A stretch of 32,314 bases of DNA, taken from contig BCKZ01000017.1 in NCBI GenBank assembly GCA_001600815.1, forward strand, positions 62,001 to 94,314, given 5' to 3'. Both the position numbers and the translations under genes were made by a program. The first letter of the stretch is position 1; each line of letters opens with the position of its first letter. Below the pieces are notes generated by a model. The model saw only the letters and a program-made list of their open reading frames with translations, had not been told where the DNA came from and made no database searches. This document shows, one piece after another, positions 20,827 through 31,507 of the stretch. The stretch comes from Alloascoidea hylecoeti. Taxonomy: Eukaryota.

Positions 20827-22470
20827 TTACCAAATTCTATAAACAATTCTTATAAATAAACTTTTCTTTTGATCATCATTTGTAATTCTATCTAAATTTG
20901 GTAGTAAAAACCAACTGATTAACATGACTACAAAAAGAGCAAGCGAAACAGGATGGACGATAAAAGTTGAATCAACAGATTGTGATATAATTCCAATTAT
21001 AAATGGAAACAATGCACCACCAACGGCACCAAATGCGCTTAACATTGTTAAGCCAACAACTTGTAAGTCTTTACTTATGATTTTCTCATTTACAGAAAAT
21101 GCAATTAACAATGGAATAATTGGACCGATTGACATACCCGCCAATGCAACGGTTATACCGTTAGCAATTATATTTGGAATCAGCCATGTTAATAATTCAA
21201 AGAAGATTGATAGTATACCAAGTATTGTAATACCTCTCTTCCAACCTCCATATTTTGAGATTAAAGAGGTTAAGAAAATCCGACTTACAGTCAAACCTCC
21301 CCAGTAACCCGAAGCAATGTAGCCAATTTTTTTGATATCACCGTTACGATATTTCATTATAAATGTTACGATCCAACCACCAATTGCAACTTCTGCCCCT
21401 TGATAAAATAAATCGAATAATGAAACTAACCAAACGTTCTTATTGGTATAGGCTGCCTTAGGATTTTTCCTTTTTGATACTGTTATTCTTGTTTCATTTG
21501 ATTCCATATCTTTATCAAATGTGTTTGTTAAAATTGTCTTTTCTGGGTTTCCAATTGAATTCGCTTCGTTATAATTAGTATTATTATTGGTATTGATATT
21601 TGAGTTTGAATTTTGAATTTTATTTTTATTTTTAGTTTTATATTGCTTTAAATCTTTTTCACAACCTTTTAAAGTAAGACTCGAAAAACATAGATTAAAA
21701 ACTGACAATCCCAACAAAATAAAATAAAAATAAGACCATTTGATCCCATTTGAAGTCATTATATTACCAACTAAGGGAGCAACTATACCACCAATACCAT
21801 AAGAAGCATGAAGATAACCTAAATACTTTTTATTCTTTGAATATAATGAAACAAACATATTAAATTCAGTTAAATTTGTTGCTAAACCAAACCCACTAAA
21901 GAAAAACCCAACTACAATTACTGGAAAAGGTGGTGATAACATAATTAGTAAAGACATTAAGATTATACAACCATTACCAAGAATTATATTTTTTGTTGTA
22001 CCAAGATAATTATGAATTAAATTTCCAATTATTGCAACTAATATGAAACCGACTGCACTACCAACCCATATTAAAGAGACGATTCCATAACTGATATCAT
22101 AATAATCTTCAATGTGTGGTAATAATTCTCCTGGAACACTATCATGGATACCAGCCGCGAAAAGTGAGCAAAATGCTGCGATAAGTCTATATTTATTAAT
22201 ACCTTTAAATTTCAATCCTTGTGGTTTTATTTCATGATCATCACTACAACTACTATCACAATTGTTATTGTCAATAATTGAAATTTCATCAACATTGGTT
22301 TCATTTGCGATTGATTTTAAATTGTTAGTTTTTTTGTTAGTTTTTTCATTAATCTTTTTACCTTCGATATCGTTGCTTTTTTGGATTTGCGTACTCGGCA
22401 TGGAAACATTATTATTTTTCTGATTAACTGTCAAGTTTGGCTTTAAATCAGCTGCAGATCCAGAATCCAT
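20827..22470 (-). CDS. BSC6: MFS transporter, Bsc6/FucP-like
   Basis: 547 aa with about 12 hydrophobic segments. GIHDSVPGELLPHIEDYYDISYGIVSLIW, LGYLHASYGIGGIVAPL, YQGAEVAIGGWIVTF, GYIASGYWGGLTVSR and GGALFPFIIG are characteristic of this family. The orthology symbol is tentative. Confidence 0.8.
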   Translation of the reverse strand: MDSGSAADLKPNLTVNQKNNNVSMPSTQIQKSNDIEGKKINEKTNKKTNNLKSIANETNVDEISIIDNNNCDSSCSDDHEIKPQGLKFKGINKYRLIAAFCSLFAAGIHDSVPGELLPHIEDYYDISYGIVSLIWVGSAVGFILVAIIGNLIHNYLGTTKNIILGNGCIILMSLLIMLSPPFPVIVVGFFFSGFGLATNLTEFNMFVSLYSKNKKYLGYLHASYGIGGIVAPLVGNIMTSNGIKWSYFYFILLGLSVFNLCFSSLTLKGCEKDLKQYKTKNKNKIQNSNSNINTNNNTNYNEANSIGNPEKTILTNTFDKDMESNETRITVSKRKNPKAAYTNKNVWLVSLFDLFYQGAEVAIGGWIVTFIMKYRNGDIKKIGYIASGYWGGLTVSRIFLTSLISKYGGWKRGITILGILSIFFELLTWLIPNIIANGITVALAGMSIGPIIPLLIAFSVNEKIISKDLQVVGLTMLSAFGAVGGALFPFIIGIISQSVDSTFIVHPVSLALFVVMLISWFLLPNLDRITNDDQKKSLFIRIVYRIW

Positions 22471-22948
22471 AACAATATTATATATTAGTTGAGATATATA
22501 AAAATATAGCCCGATAGCTATAGCAAAAGTTAAATCTTCAGGGAGTATACTTTACTTTGTAGTTCATTTTATATTTATAAGCCAACTTCTAGACCGTTGT
22601 TCTAATTATAATTGAGCCGATATTGCTGACCCTTGATCGGCAAACATTGAAATTTTAACAGGATGGATTACCATTTATAGACAAATTAGAAAATAATCTG
22701 TGAGGCAGACTAATAAAATTCATATTTCTAGATCTTAGAAGTATACCTGCCTAAGTGTAGCTATAAAACTTTATACTTATAGAGCACTGTTTAAAATTTT
22801 TCATCGAATTTACACCATTATAATATAATCATGAAGTGGTGAAAAAATCGCCAATCAATATCGAAATTGAATCGTATTATTGATATATATCCAGAATTGT
22901 AGTCATAAAAAGATAAGAATATTATTCCGTTTATTATTCCGTTTTTTC

Positions 22949-23243
22949 ACCATGATTATTCATTGATACTTAATCGCCGTTATTAACTTCCAAACAAGAC
23001 TTCAAGAAAATCTTCAGGAATACTACAGCGACTAAATCCTATCTAAGTTTTTTTCACCATACACCGGCATACAGTAGGTTCACTTATGTTAAAAGACGAT
23101 AAAGAATGAAAAAGGATATGCTAGCTATTTTTCTATTATAAAGGCGGTCGGGTAGTCATTTTTTAACAAATCATAAGTCGCAGATACGATCCCCATGGGG
23201 TTAACGAAAAATTAATATGGTAAGCACGACTAACCTTAAGATT
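22949..23243 (+). repeat. Diverged direct repeat, copy 1 (copy 2 at 28182-28481)
   Basis: Shared colinear blocks: ccgttatta, aagaaaatcttc.ggaat, cgactaaat, ttcacttat.ttaaa, exact atttttctattataaaggc (23127-23145 = 28354-28372), gtcgggtagtc, ttttaacaaat and atggta. Confidence 0.88.
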
Positions 23244-23552
23244 GCAATTGGCTGTTCCTGCTATTACCCGTTTATAATTCCTTATCACATTTCTTCCCAA
23301 ACCACAAATATTCATCGAATTTCAAAGAATTCAGGTATATTAGCACTTTTACTATATATACTATTGTATAGTGAAAAAGTATTACTTATGTTCAACAATA
23401 AATATATGCATCGATGATATATTATATATCTTATAATTATGTACTAGCCAGTGAATAACCTCTGCCAATATCAACCCACCGCAAATTAATTAAGAATGAT
23501 TGATATCATGGGCTGTGTTCACACGTGACCTATATTTGGATCCAAACTTTAG

Positions 23553-24059
23553 CTAATATGGTCTCGGAGGTGGCGGAGGAGGAGCTCCATCACCAGTACT
23601 GGAATTGTTATAACGGTGATTTTTGTTCATATTTTTGGATGAGGGAGATTGGAATTGAGATATCCATTTGCTTGTTTTTGTTTTTAAAAGATTTGCCTCT
23701 TGCATAAATTGTTGCTTGTACTTTTCCAAATCAGCATTTACATTACCAGATCCAAAGCTGGAAGTAAAATTAGAAGCAGAAACAGAATTAGAGGTAGAAT
23801 TAGGAGCATAATTCCCACTTGAACCAGAATGTAACCTTGGTGTCAAATGAGGAGCTTGTGAATTGAAATCCTGGGGTTTGGTGGTACTGGGAAGTCTTGG
23901 GGGCAGTGTTGGGGGTGTCACTGTGGAAGTCTGTTCACTGGAAGTGCTAACATTGGATGGTCTGTGGGGGAGGGGAGGGGGGCCATTTGCTGCCAACTGT
24001 TCCTCCCTTGACGGATCTATGGGAGTGTAGGGTGGAGGAGGCTCATTAAAGGCTGACAT
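23553..24059 (-). CDS. Small proline-rich hypothetical protein with PPxY and SH3-ligand motifs
   Basis: 168-aa ATG-initiated ORF with GC higher than the flanks. Motifs PPPPY, PPLPHRP, PTLPPR and terminal PPPPPPRPY, plus a short helix-like segment (DLEKYKQQFMQEANLLK). Confidence 0.75.
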   Translation of the reverse strand: MSAFNEPPPPYTPIDPSREEQLAANGPPPLPHRPSNVSTSSEQTSTVTPPTLPPRLPSTTKPQDFNSQAPHLTPRLHSGSSGNYAPNSTSNSVSASNFTSSFGSGNVNADLEKYKQQFMQEANLLKTKTSKWISQFQSPSSKNMNKNHRYNNSSTGDGAPPPPPPRPY

Positions 24060-24168
24060 TCCTTTTGGTACTAATTATTTATTTATTTACGGTAAAAGGT
24101 TCATTTTCATTTTCATTTTCTAATAAAGTAAATATACAACCAAACATTTTTTATCATTAACTAAATTA

Positions 24169-25767
24169 TCAGTCAAACTTCACTTTATGACCTGTGAATT
24201 TAATCTTTGATAAATCGGCACTGATCTTAGAATTCTTCTTAGCTTCCCAAGAAGGATGAAGTCCTTTAACAGGTTCTGGTTTAAAATCCTTTTTATTGCT
24301 ATTGATGGAAATTTCGGGATTTTGTTCAAGTTTAGCTCGTTTTTCCTGTCTTTTTGCTTCTCTTTCTTCATATTCTTTTTGTTTTTGTTCTCTTCGTTGT
24401 TGTTCTTCCTCTTTTTCTTTGATAATATGGTTGGCACCCGTTTTATACTTTTGTTCCCAAATTAATCGTCTTGCTCTTTGTCCCCTTCTATTCTTCTTGG
24501 GTTCTTTTTTGTTGGTTATTTTCTGCACTACTTCATCATTATCAATATCATCATCTGACCCTGAAATATAACCAGACATTAGCGCAGGTAAAACAACTTT
24601 TTTTTTACTTTTCTCTTTCTTTTCATCTTTCTTATCTTTTTTGTCTTTCTTATCTTTCTCTTTTTTATCCATTTTATCCGTCTTGGCCTTCTTATGTTGC
24701 CTGTCATCTTCATCATCCGACGTAAAAAAATCATCTTCTTCAATATTCAGTGGTTTAGTTGATTTTGATTTCAGCTCTGATAATTTTTTAGGGTTACTCA
24801 TGCCTAATATATCTTCTTCTTCCTCACTATCAGTATCAGTATCATTATCATCATCTTTTATGTTATATTTATCAAAATCTTCACTATTATAACCATCATC
24901 AATTTCTTCTTCATTAACACCATCTTCTATATCTGAATCTTGTATATTACTATCATATCCATCATCATCTTGCTCATTTTCATTACCATTATCTTCTCGA
25001 TGATTATTAGAATAATCGAATTGTTGTTCATAATCTCTTTTCCTTTTATTTACTTCTTTCTTACCTTTTAAACCACTTGATAATTCAATCGTATAAACTG
25101 CATTTTGTATACAATTCTTTGATTCATTTGAATTTAATAATAATGATGTATTATTTCTTAATCTTTTTGATAATTGATTATAATAAATTGAAGGATTTAA
25201 TAAATTATCTTCTTTTTTATTATTAAAAGCATCTATTATCCATTTTGGAATAAAATTTGGTGGATTTAATTTATCATTTTTTGAAATTAATATTTTTGTA
25301 AAAATTAATTTAACAATCCTTTGCTTTGATAAAATTTTTAAATCTAATTTTTTCAATTCATCAATTTCTTTTTCAATTTCAGTTTCAGGATTATCTTTTT
25401 CAATTGTTTTCAACTTTTTGTTTAATTTTTTTAATAATAGAACTTTACTATTTTTCAAACATCTTTCTAAATTATTAATTATAGAGTGTATTTTTTGCTC
25501 TAAAATAGTTGATCTAAACTCATCAATTTTATTATTGATCTCTTTATATGTAATTTCTTTGAAATTATATGGACATTTATTACTTTCCATTATAAATTTA
25601 GTTTGTGGAAATTTTGTTGAAATAAGTTGTAACATTTCATCATTGTTTAAAGGTTGTGAAGTATGACTTGAATTTGAATTTTTTGATTTTTCAAACAATT
25701 GTTTCTTTTGTCTGATCGCTCTTAATAAATCTATTTTAGGTAATAGACTATCTCGTTCCTTGACCAT
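24169..25767 (-). CDS. BUD22: Bud22, 18S rRNA / small-subunit ribosome biogenesis factor
   Basis: 532 aa with an acidic middle and K/D repeats. LPALMSGYISGSD, KKNRRGQRARRLIWEQKY, LHPSWEAKK and terminal FTGHKVKFD are the BUD22/SRFBP1 domain signatures. Confidence 0.93.
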   Translation of the reverse strand: MVKERDSLLPKIDLLRAIRQKKQLFEKSKNSNSSHTSQPLNNDEMLQLISTKFPQTKFIMESNKCPYNFKEITYKEINNKIDEFRSTILEQKIHSIINNLERCLKNSKVLLLKKLNKKLKTIEKDNPETEIEKEIDELKKLDLKILSKQRIVKLIFTKILISKNDKLNPPNFIPKWIIDAFNNKKEDNLLNPSIYYNQLSKRLRNNTSLLLNSNESKNCIQNAVYTIELSSGLKGKKEVNKRKRDYEQQFDYSNNHREDNGNENEQDDDGYDSNIQDSDIEDGVNEEEIDDGYNSEDFDKYNIKDDDNDTDTDSEEEEDILGMSNPKKLSELKSKSTKPLNIEEDDFFTSDDEDDRQHKKAKTDKMDKKEKDKKDKKDKKDEKKEKSKKKVVLPALMSGYISGSDDDIDNDEVVQKITNKKEPKKNRRGQRARRLIWEQKYKTGANHIIKEKEEEQQRREQKQKEYEEREAKRQEKRAKLEQNPEISINSNKKDFKPEPVKGLHPSWEAKKNSKISADLSKIKFTGHKVKFD

Positions 25768-25784
25768 ATTAACTAATTTTGATT

Positions 25785-25844
25785 GAGATGAGTTTAAGAA
25801 AATTCTTTGAAAAATTACTTTGGTTTGTATTTATGGCCGGGTAA
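25785..25844. promoter_or_regulatory. Ribosome-biogenesis promoter elements upstream of BUD22: PAC, RRPE and Reb1 site
   Basis: GAGATGAG 25785-25792 (PAC), TGAAAAATT 25808-25816 (RRPE) and CCGGGTAA 25837-25844 (Reb1 consensus), all within 80 bp of the BUD22 ATG. Confidence 0.75.
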
Positions 25845-26162
25845 TTAGTTTTAAACTTTAGAATGATAGAAATAGAGAAATATTGGTGTGACTGAATATG
25901 AAGTAATACGCAGATAAGTTTTTTGATTTGGGCACACAGTGGAAGCGGTAACACGAAAACAAATGGCTACCTAAACACAAACTATTGAGCCAATATATGA
26001 ACCCTTATAAATGAACTTATGCCTACCGCTTATGGTAAGTACGAAAAAATTTATTAATTTATTTAATTAAGATCATTTCTAAATTTCAATTAAAGTTTTT
26101 AAAATATGAACAAATTATTATTTACTATCTTATGTATTTAAATCTAATACATGTAGTGATGT

Positions 26163-27539
26163 TCAATTATCACTATATGTAACATTCCAATCCCAATAGA
26201 AGGTTAAGTCACTTGGTGTTGTAGCATTGATACCACATGCCTCGGCATAAGTAGTATCAACTCTTTTTCCCATATAATTAAGATAACTATCCAGAGGACA
26301 CGAAAATCCAGGTCCTGTTGTACAATTCTTCAAAGGTATAACTGCATCGTTAAGGTTAAATCTGACATATGTTCCATTATATCCAGTTAATGAATCAGTA
26401 CATGATAATCTTTCAACTAAAAATCGTGTACCCATTGGAACCATTTCACTTGATTTATAAGCATTATCAACTAAAAATTGAGTAGTTGGTAAATCTTCTG
26501 AAGGTGTAAATAATCCAATTGCAGCAAACATAAAATAAAGATCAGTATCGTGCAAAAAATTTAAAAATAGGCTTCCTGAACTTGGACCTGTTTTTAATAA
26601 ATCTGAAATGGCATCAGTAACTGGAGTTGAGATAATTTTACCTAAACTATTTCCAACACCAGCACTGTAGTAATCACTGATACTGTTAGAATAATCATAA
26701 GACACCCAATCATCGGGTTTTAATAAACTACAGAAATCAGAAAACCCTTTGGCATTTAATTCATAAGTACAAGCTGCAAATAAATTACTAGCATCGGAGG
26801 CAGTCAGATTAGCAGCTGGTGACTCCTTATTTAGTCTAGCTGCAATCTTTTTTAGATAAGTGTTAGGAGTAGAATCAATAATTTCTTGTTGTTCAGAAGA
26901 ATTATATTTAGTACAACCCATTCTTGGTGTCAATGAATTAGCTCCAACTTCAGCGGTTTCTGGTATAACTTGAACTGAAGCTAAAGTTGAATAATTTCTT
27001 GCAAAAAAACCTTTACCAAAATATTGTGCAGATTCAATAACTCTGAAATAATCTCCCGCGTAAATTGGTAAAACTGATTCTCCGTCCCATAATACACCAT
27101 ACTTATTTCTAAATTCAACACCATATTGAAACATATTAGCCAAACCGGAGTAAGGACCAGTTGTAGTTTCAGTTTCTAGTAATGCTTCATCTGTAATCCA
27201 ATACTCATAATCATTTATAAATTTCAATGCACCAGTCTGAGTATTTGCTTTTAATTTCTCCACAACTGCTTTAATGCTTTTGCCTTTCGACGTTGAAGGG
27301 TATCTTTCACCATGTCGACTATAAAGAAATACCTGATCTACAATACATTCATCTGGAGTTTCAGGACTAATTCCATACCCATGAAATGGAACCCATGGTC
27401 CACCTTGTGCTGAATATCTTAAGATGTTATATTGTTCATCTCCAGTTTGTGGAAACTGTTTATCGAATGACAATCCAAAAACTAAATTAGGAGTTAAAAA
27501 AAGGGTGGCTGCCAATGCAGAGAAACTAATTAATCCCAT
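26163..27539 (-). CDS. Secreted histidine acid phosphatase/phytase (Pho5/Pho3 family)
   Basis: 458 aa with a signal peptide, catalytic RHGERYP, LHDTD proton-donor motif, VPMGTRFLVERLSC, C-terminal CTTGPGFSCPL and LTFYWDWN, and many N-glycosylation sequons. Confidence 0.95.
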   Translation of the reverse strand: MGLISFSALAATLFLTPNLVFGLSFDKQFPQTGDEQYNILRYSAQGGPWVPFHGYGISPETPDECIVDQVFLYSRHGERYPSTSKGKSIKAVVEKLKANTQTGALKFINDYEYWITDEALLETETTTGPYSGLANMFQYGVEFRNKYGVLWDGESVLPIYAGDYFRVIESAQYFGKGFFARNYSTLASVQVIPETAEVGANSLTPRMGCTKYNSSEQQEIIDSTPNTYLKKIAARLNKESPAANLTASDASNLFAACTYELNAKGFSDFCSLLKPDDWVSYDYSNSISDYYSAGVGNSLGKIISTPVTDAISDLLKTGPSSGSLFLNFLHDTDLYFMFAAIGLFTPSEDLPTTQFLVDNAYKSSEMVPMGTRFLVERLSCTDSLTGYNGTYVRFNLNDAVIPLKNCTTGPGFSCPLDSYLNYMGKRVDTTYAEACGINATTPSDLTFYWDWNVTYSDN

Positions 27540-27790
27540 ATTGCAATTGAGTGTAGAAGAAAAGTAAAGAATGAGTTTGAGATCGAGGAAGATTCCAATG
27601 TTTTATACTTCCCAATTTTTCGAGAAATATGGAAATTAACCCTGTTAAAGTTCAAAGTGCCTGTTCTCCCAGTTGCGCCAAAAAGCCAATCGACTCTTTA
27701 GTGAACTGTTCTAAGAGTGTAATATATATCCAACAAACCCAATTAATATTATTATGGAGCAAACTATACCAATATCAATTAATTATCACA

Positions 27791-28061
27791 CACGTGGGGA
27801 TGGCTTTTTGTGATAACGCACAACAACATTTAATGTACATTTAGAGATTTCAATAAAGACCAATACAGTTAGATCATTTGCTACACGTTTCCACGTGCTC
27901 CAACCTAACCAGCCGCGATATACGCAACCGAGGATAAATCGATATATCGAAAGTTAAAATTATTTTACCACATATCGAGTATACATAAATATTTAGAGTT
28001 TCTTCATAATTATGCATATGGTAAAGTTACTCCATGATTGTAAATGCGTAGGGTGAACGTG
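27791..28061. promoter_or_regulatory. Cluster of Pho4-type E-boxes upstream of the acid phosphatase
   Basis: CACGTGGG at 27791, CACGTT at 27884, CCACGTGC at 27891 and AACGTG at 28056, 250-520 bp upstream of the ATG. TATA-like TATAAAA on the minus strand at about 27601-27607. Confidence 0.8.
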
Positions 28062-28181
28062 GTTATAATTATTCAGGATCATGAATTTCATGATGAGCCT
28101 TTCAGGCAAAAATGATAATAACTTTGCAATTGCAATCATTTCTTGGTGCTCTTGATTAATTAATGTATCAATTGATCATGA

Positions 28182-28481
28182 ACCATGATGATGGCTACCG
28201 TTATTAGTTAGACAATACTTTAAGAAAATCTTCGGGAATGCAACGACTAAATTAAATACAAAACCATAAATATGTATACATGTATAAGTTTTTCTTACCT
28301 TACAGCAGATTCACTTATATTAAAGGATAATAACGAATGACAAAGCATATGCCATTTTTCTATTATAAAGGCCGTCGGGTAGTCTTTTTAACAAATATTA
28401 ATTCACAGATTCGGTTCCCGGGGGTTGAAAGGGTAATCGAAAAAATATTATGGTAGGTGATGTCTTTCGACCAATAAGATT
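28182..28481 (+). repeat. Diverged direct repeat, copy 2 (copy 1 at 22949-23243)
   Basis: Same colinear blocks as copy 1, with indels. Confidence 0.88.
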
Positions 28482-28894
28482 CGAAGATGAGCTCAAAGTA
28501 TTATATGTAGATTCTTTTTTTATTAAAAAGGAATAAGTCCATGTGACTAAAACTATTTATACTACAAAGTAAGATTGACAATAATAATGAACAACTAGTG
28601 CTTTAAAAAGCAATTAAACAAATAAGAAATAAATTCTAATAAAAACGAATTAACTTATAAGAAAAAGAAATTAGAATTATGATTAGAAACCTGTAATAAG
28701 TTTTAATTTAAACATCATGTAAACCATTGTTATCTTCAAGTTGTACCCGATAACTTTCAATATTTTCGAGCTTAGATTCTAATAGATTCTCGTCACTTTT
28801 AGTATTCATTCCAAAATTAAGTGAGGAAATCTTCGTTATTTAATAATTCTCGAGGATCACTATTAATCAAATCAACTTCTTGTGCAAACCTATT

Positions 28895-28985
28895 TTTTGA
28901 TATGACCTGGTAATTTTATATTGGAATTTTGGAATGGTATTAGGAATAGAGAGAGATTGGTATCACATAATATGAAGTAATACGC
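28895..28985 (+). repeat. Eroded direct copy of the BUD22 upstream region (about 25825-25911)
   Basis: Exact aatatgaagtaatacgc at 28969-28985 and 25895-25911, preceded by colinear atg.cc.ggtaatt, gaatg.ta and gaatagaga..attggt blocks. Confidence 0.75.
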
Positions 28986-29479
28986 TATGATGAGGATGCG
29001 AGGAGTTCTCAAAAAGTGATTGATCCAGCTAACCCCATAACTCGGACAATAATTCTGAGAGGGGATCCAAGACCTTATTAAGTTTACCTTTAATGGCTTA
29101 CTATAAATAATTTTTGTCGGATCACTTTTGAGTTTTACTTATTGCAATGGCATTGAGATGTGAAAGTTCGTTTGCCAACATAATTGTTCCATTTGATTTT
29201 CCTCCTGATTTTTGGACATGGGAATATAGAAACTGTTCTTCTGAAGAATACTACCTTCAAAAGCTTGAATAAAAGGTATTGCTACCCGTTATACTACTTT
29301 TTTGATATGCACCTCTAAAAAAGTCTTTCCCTAAAAGTTCTCCGTAACAGACGAATACCGCGTGTTCTTTGTCAGACTCTTTTGTTACTCTTTTATTAGT
29401 ATCTTACCTTCTCGCTCGTATAACAGGCTTTCCGCCAGTCGTCTACAGTATTTCTTTTTATCTCTAGTCAACCAAATGA

Positions 29480-31507
29480 TTTATATTTCAAATGGTCGAA
29501 TATGATTAAGATTTCAAAAAACTTGCATACATTACCGACACCTATAGGTAGGATACTGTATAATATTTAAAATAATAAGTCACGTGAATCTTTTCTCGGT
29601 CCTAAAAATGCATAAGAAAATTTGAATCGGCAAAATTCTATGAAAAACAAGAACAAATAAAATCTGAAGGTTAGCTTACCTCCCCATACTAGAAGAATTA
29701 AAGAGGGCGATCGTGAAGAGAAAACGCATTATCCTTAGGCTTATTATCAGGGTATTGTATCAAGTAAAAAGACTTTATACAACAAAATAGAGCCATATAT
29801 ACGCACTCTATTTGGAAACGTGTCAATTGCAAAACATCTGAATAGAGAAATAATTAAGCAACCGGGGATTTACAGTGAAGAGGAGCATGGGGAGTTCTAT
29901 GAAAAGATGTCACTAACTCCAGTCCCTAATGGGAATGGCGAATATTTCTACGAAATGTCCGAGGATATACTCCATGCGGCTCACACTCTTGAGTGATGGA
30001 CTTAATTATTGTCGCACTGGGAATCTAAGTGGAATCATTATGGATGTTGTTTGTAATAATATGGGGGTACACAGAAATCTACCAAAATTAAAACATAATC
30101 TAATGGTTTTCCCTGGAAACCGAGTTGTAGACTCTTCTCTGACTAAATCGGATGTGGATAGCTTTTTATATCATCTATATGAAGAAGCCGCTAGGCTTGA
30201 AAAGGGTGTCAGAGTCTATGACAGTTATTCGAAAAAGGTGAAATCAGTAAGGGTGTATATTAACAAACTCTGTGGTGATATTCCAGGTACAGCAAAGCTC
30301 CTTCAATTTGGATTACATACGGCATCAACCCCATGCAGATTTTGTCTAATAAAAAAATCAGTATCATCAATTCCTAACACAGATGGAAGATTACGCGGTG
30401 TGATTAACTGTGAATCGCATAGAAATACTACTTGTATTGTCTCTGCAGAGCCACGCACAGTGGAAAATTATAATCAAACATTAGAATCATTGAAGGATCC
30501 GAACATCTCGAAGGAAACCAAAATGAATATCAGAAAGGATAGTGGTATCACTGGTTCATCAAAATTATTCTTTTTGTCAGCATTTAAATTATGCAGTTCT
30601 GCCCCCGTTGACTATATGCTTAATGTTCGAAAATCTGGGGAGAACGGTGGTTCTAAGGAGTCTGTTGGGCAAATTTGATGAGCCGCACATTGAATTGAAG
30701 CTTCAGCTTTCTAATAGTGAACTGAAACGTTTGGATAAGCTGTTAGTTACTAGTAACAGCAGTCTACCATTCCAAGGGTTTGGGAGGCCATTTCATACTG
30801 GGATAATGTTAGGAAAAGGATATCTTACTGCGGAATGTGTCAGCAATCTGCTCAATATACTACCATCATTGTTGTTTACTAATAACTTCAACATTCATCC
30901 TGATCATCTTACGCTTATGAATATGTTGTATCAGATTCATACAATATGCACTTTAACTGAAAACACAACGGAAACCATTGCTAAACTGGAAGCCATAATT
31001 AAAAAGTTTATACCTGCCTATGAAAAGTTATATAGTGTTCACATTGACTCATATGGGTTGGCCCGAGGTACCATGCCGATTCATTACCTTTGTCACCTTC
31101 CGCAGCAATTAAAGGACTGGGGGAGTATTACCAGCAATTGGTGCTTTGCTACTGAAAGATCGGTGAAAGAGCATAGAGACAGGTACAAACCCAATCGCTT
31201 TGGTCTCTGCAGCTGCAGTTGGTCAGCATCTTATTCCAATATATCAAAGTTAAGCCAAATAGCTATTCAAGATGCGGTAGAAATCTTTGGGAAACAAAAA
31301 GGTACTGTTACGCCTACCAGAGAGAACACATCATTTGTATTCAACAATCAACAGAAGCATGCATTAGCGACTTATCTTTATAAATCAAATGAATTCCCGG
31401 AAATTCGTTCAGCCCAAGAAGCCAAAGAGATAGTTAAGAACACATTGTCTAAGCTTCATATTTATAATCGGTTTCAAATACCATTCACAGAAGAGATTAT
31501 AAATCTC
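29480..31507 (+). mobile_element. CACTA/En-Spm (CMC) superfamily transposase pseudogene, frameshifted and 3'-truncated
   Basis: The joined frames read ..YNKIEPYIRTLFGNVSIAKHL..HGEFY.. / RLTLLSDG..DSFLYHLYEEAARLEKGVRVYD..CGDIPGTAKLLQFGLHTASTPCRFC..PVDYM / (H)LMFENL..IHYLCHLPQQLKDWGSITSNWCFATER. These are Transposase_21(Tnp2)- and DUF4218-like motifs. Frameshifts lie near 29965 and 30620, with several stops in 29480-29738. No terminal inverted repeat was identified. Confidence 0.85.

Noticed and set aside
24180..25954. ORFs overlapping BUD22 and K/D-encoding tandem repeats near 24610-24670
   Set aside because: Products of low-complexity charged coding sequence, not separate genes or an array.
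28858..28862. CACTA pentamer upstream of the transposase as a possible element terminus
   Set aside because: It lies inside the host-derived duplication relic, has no partner TIR or subterminal repeats in view, and a 5-mer is expected by chance.
30600..30640. Programmed frameshift joining the two transposase ORFs
   Set aside because: No slippery heptamer. The shift deletes a conserved His codon and other lesions exist upstream, so decay is more likely.
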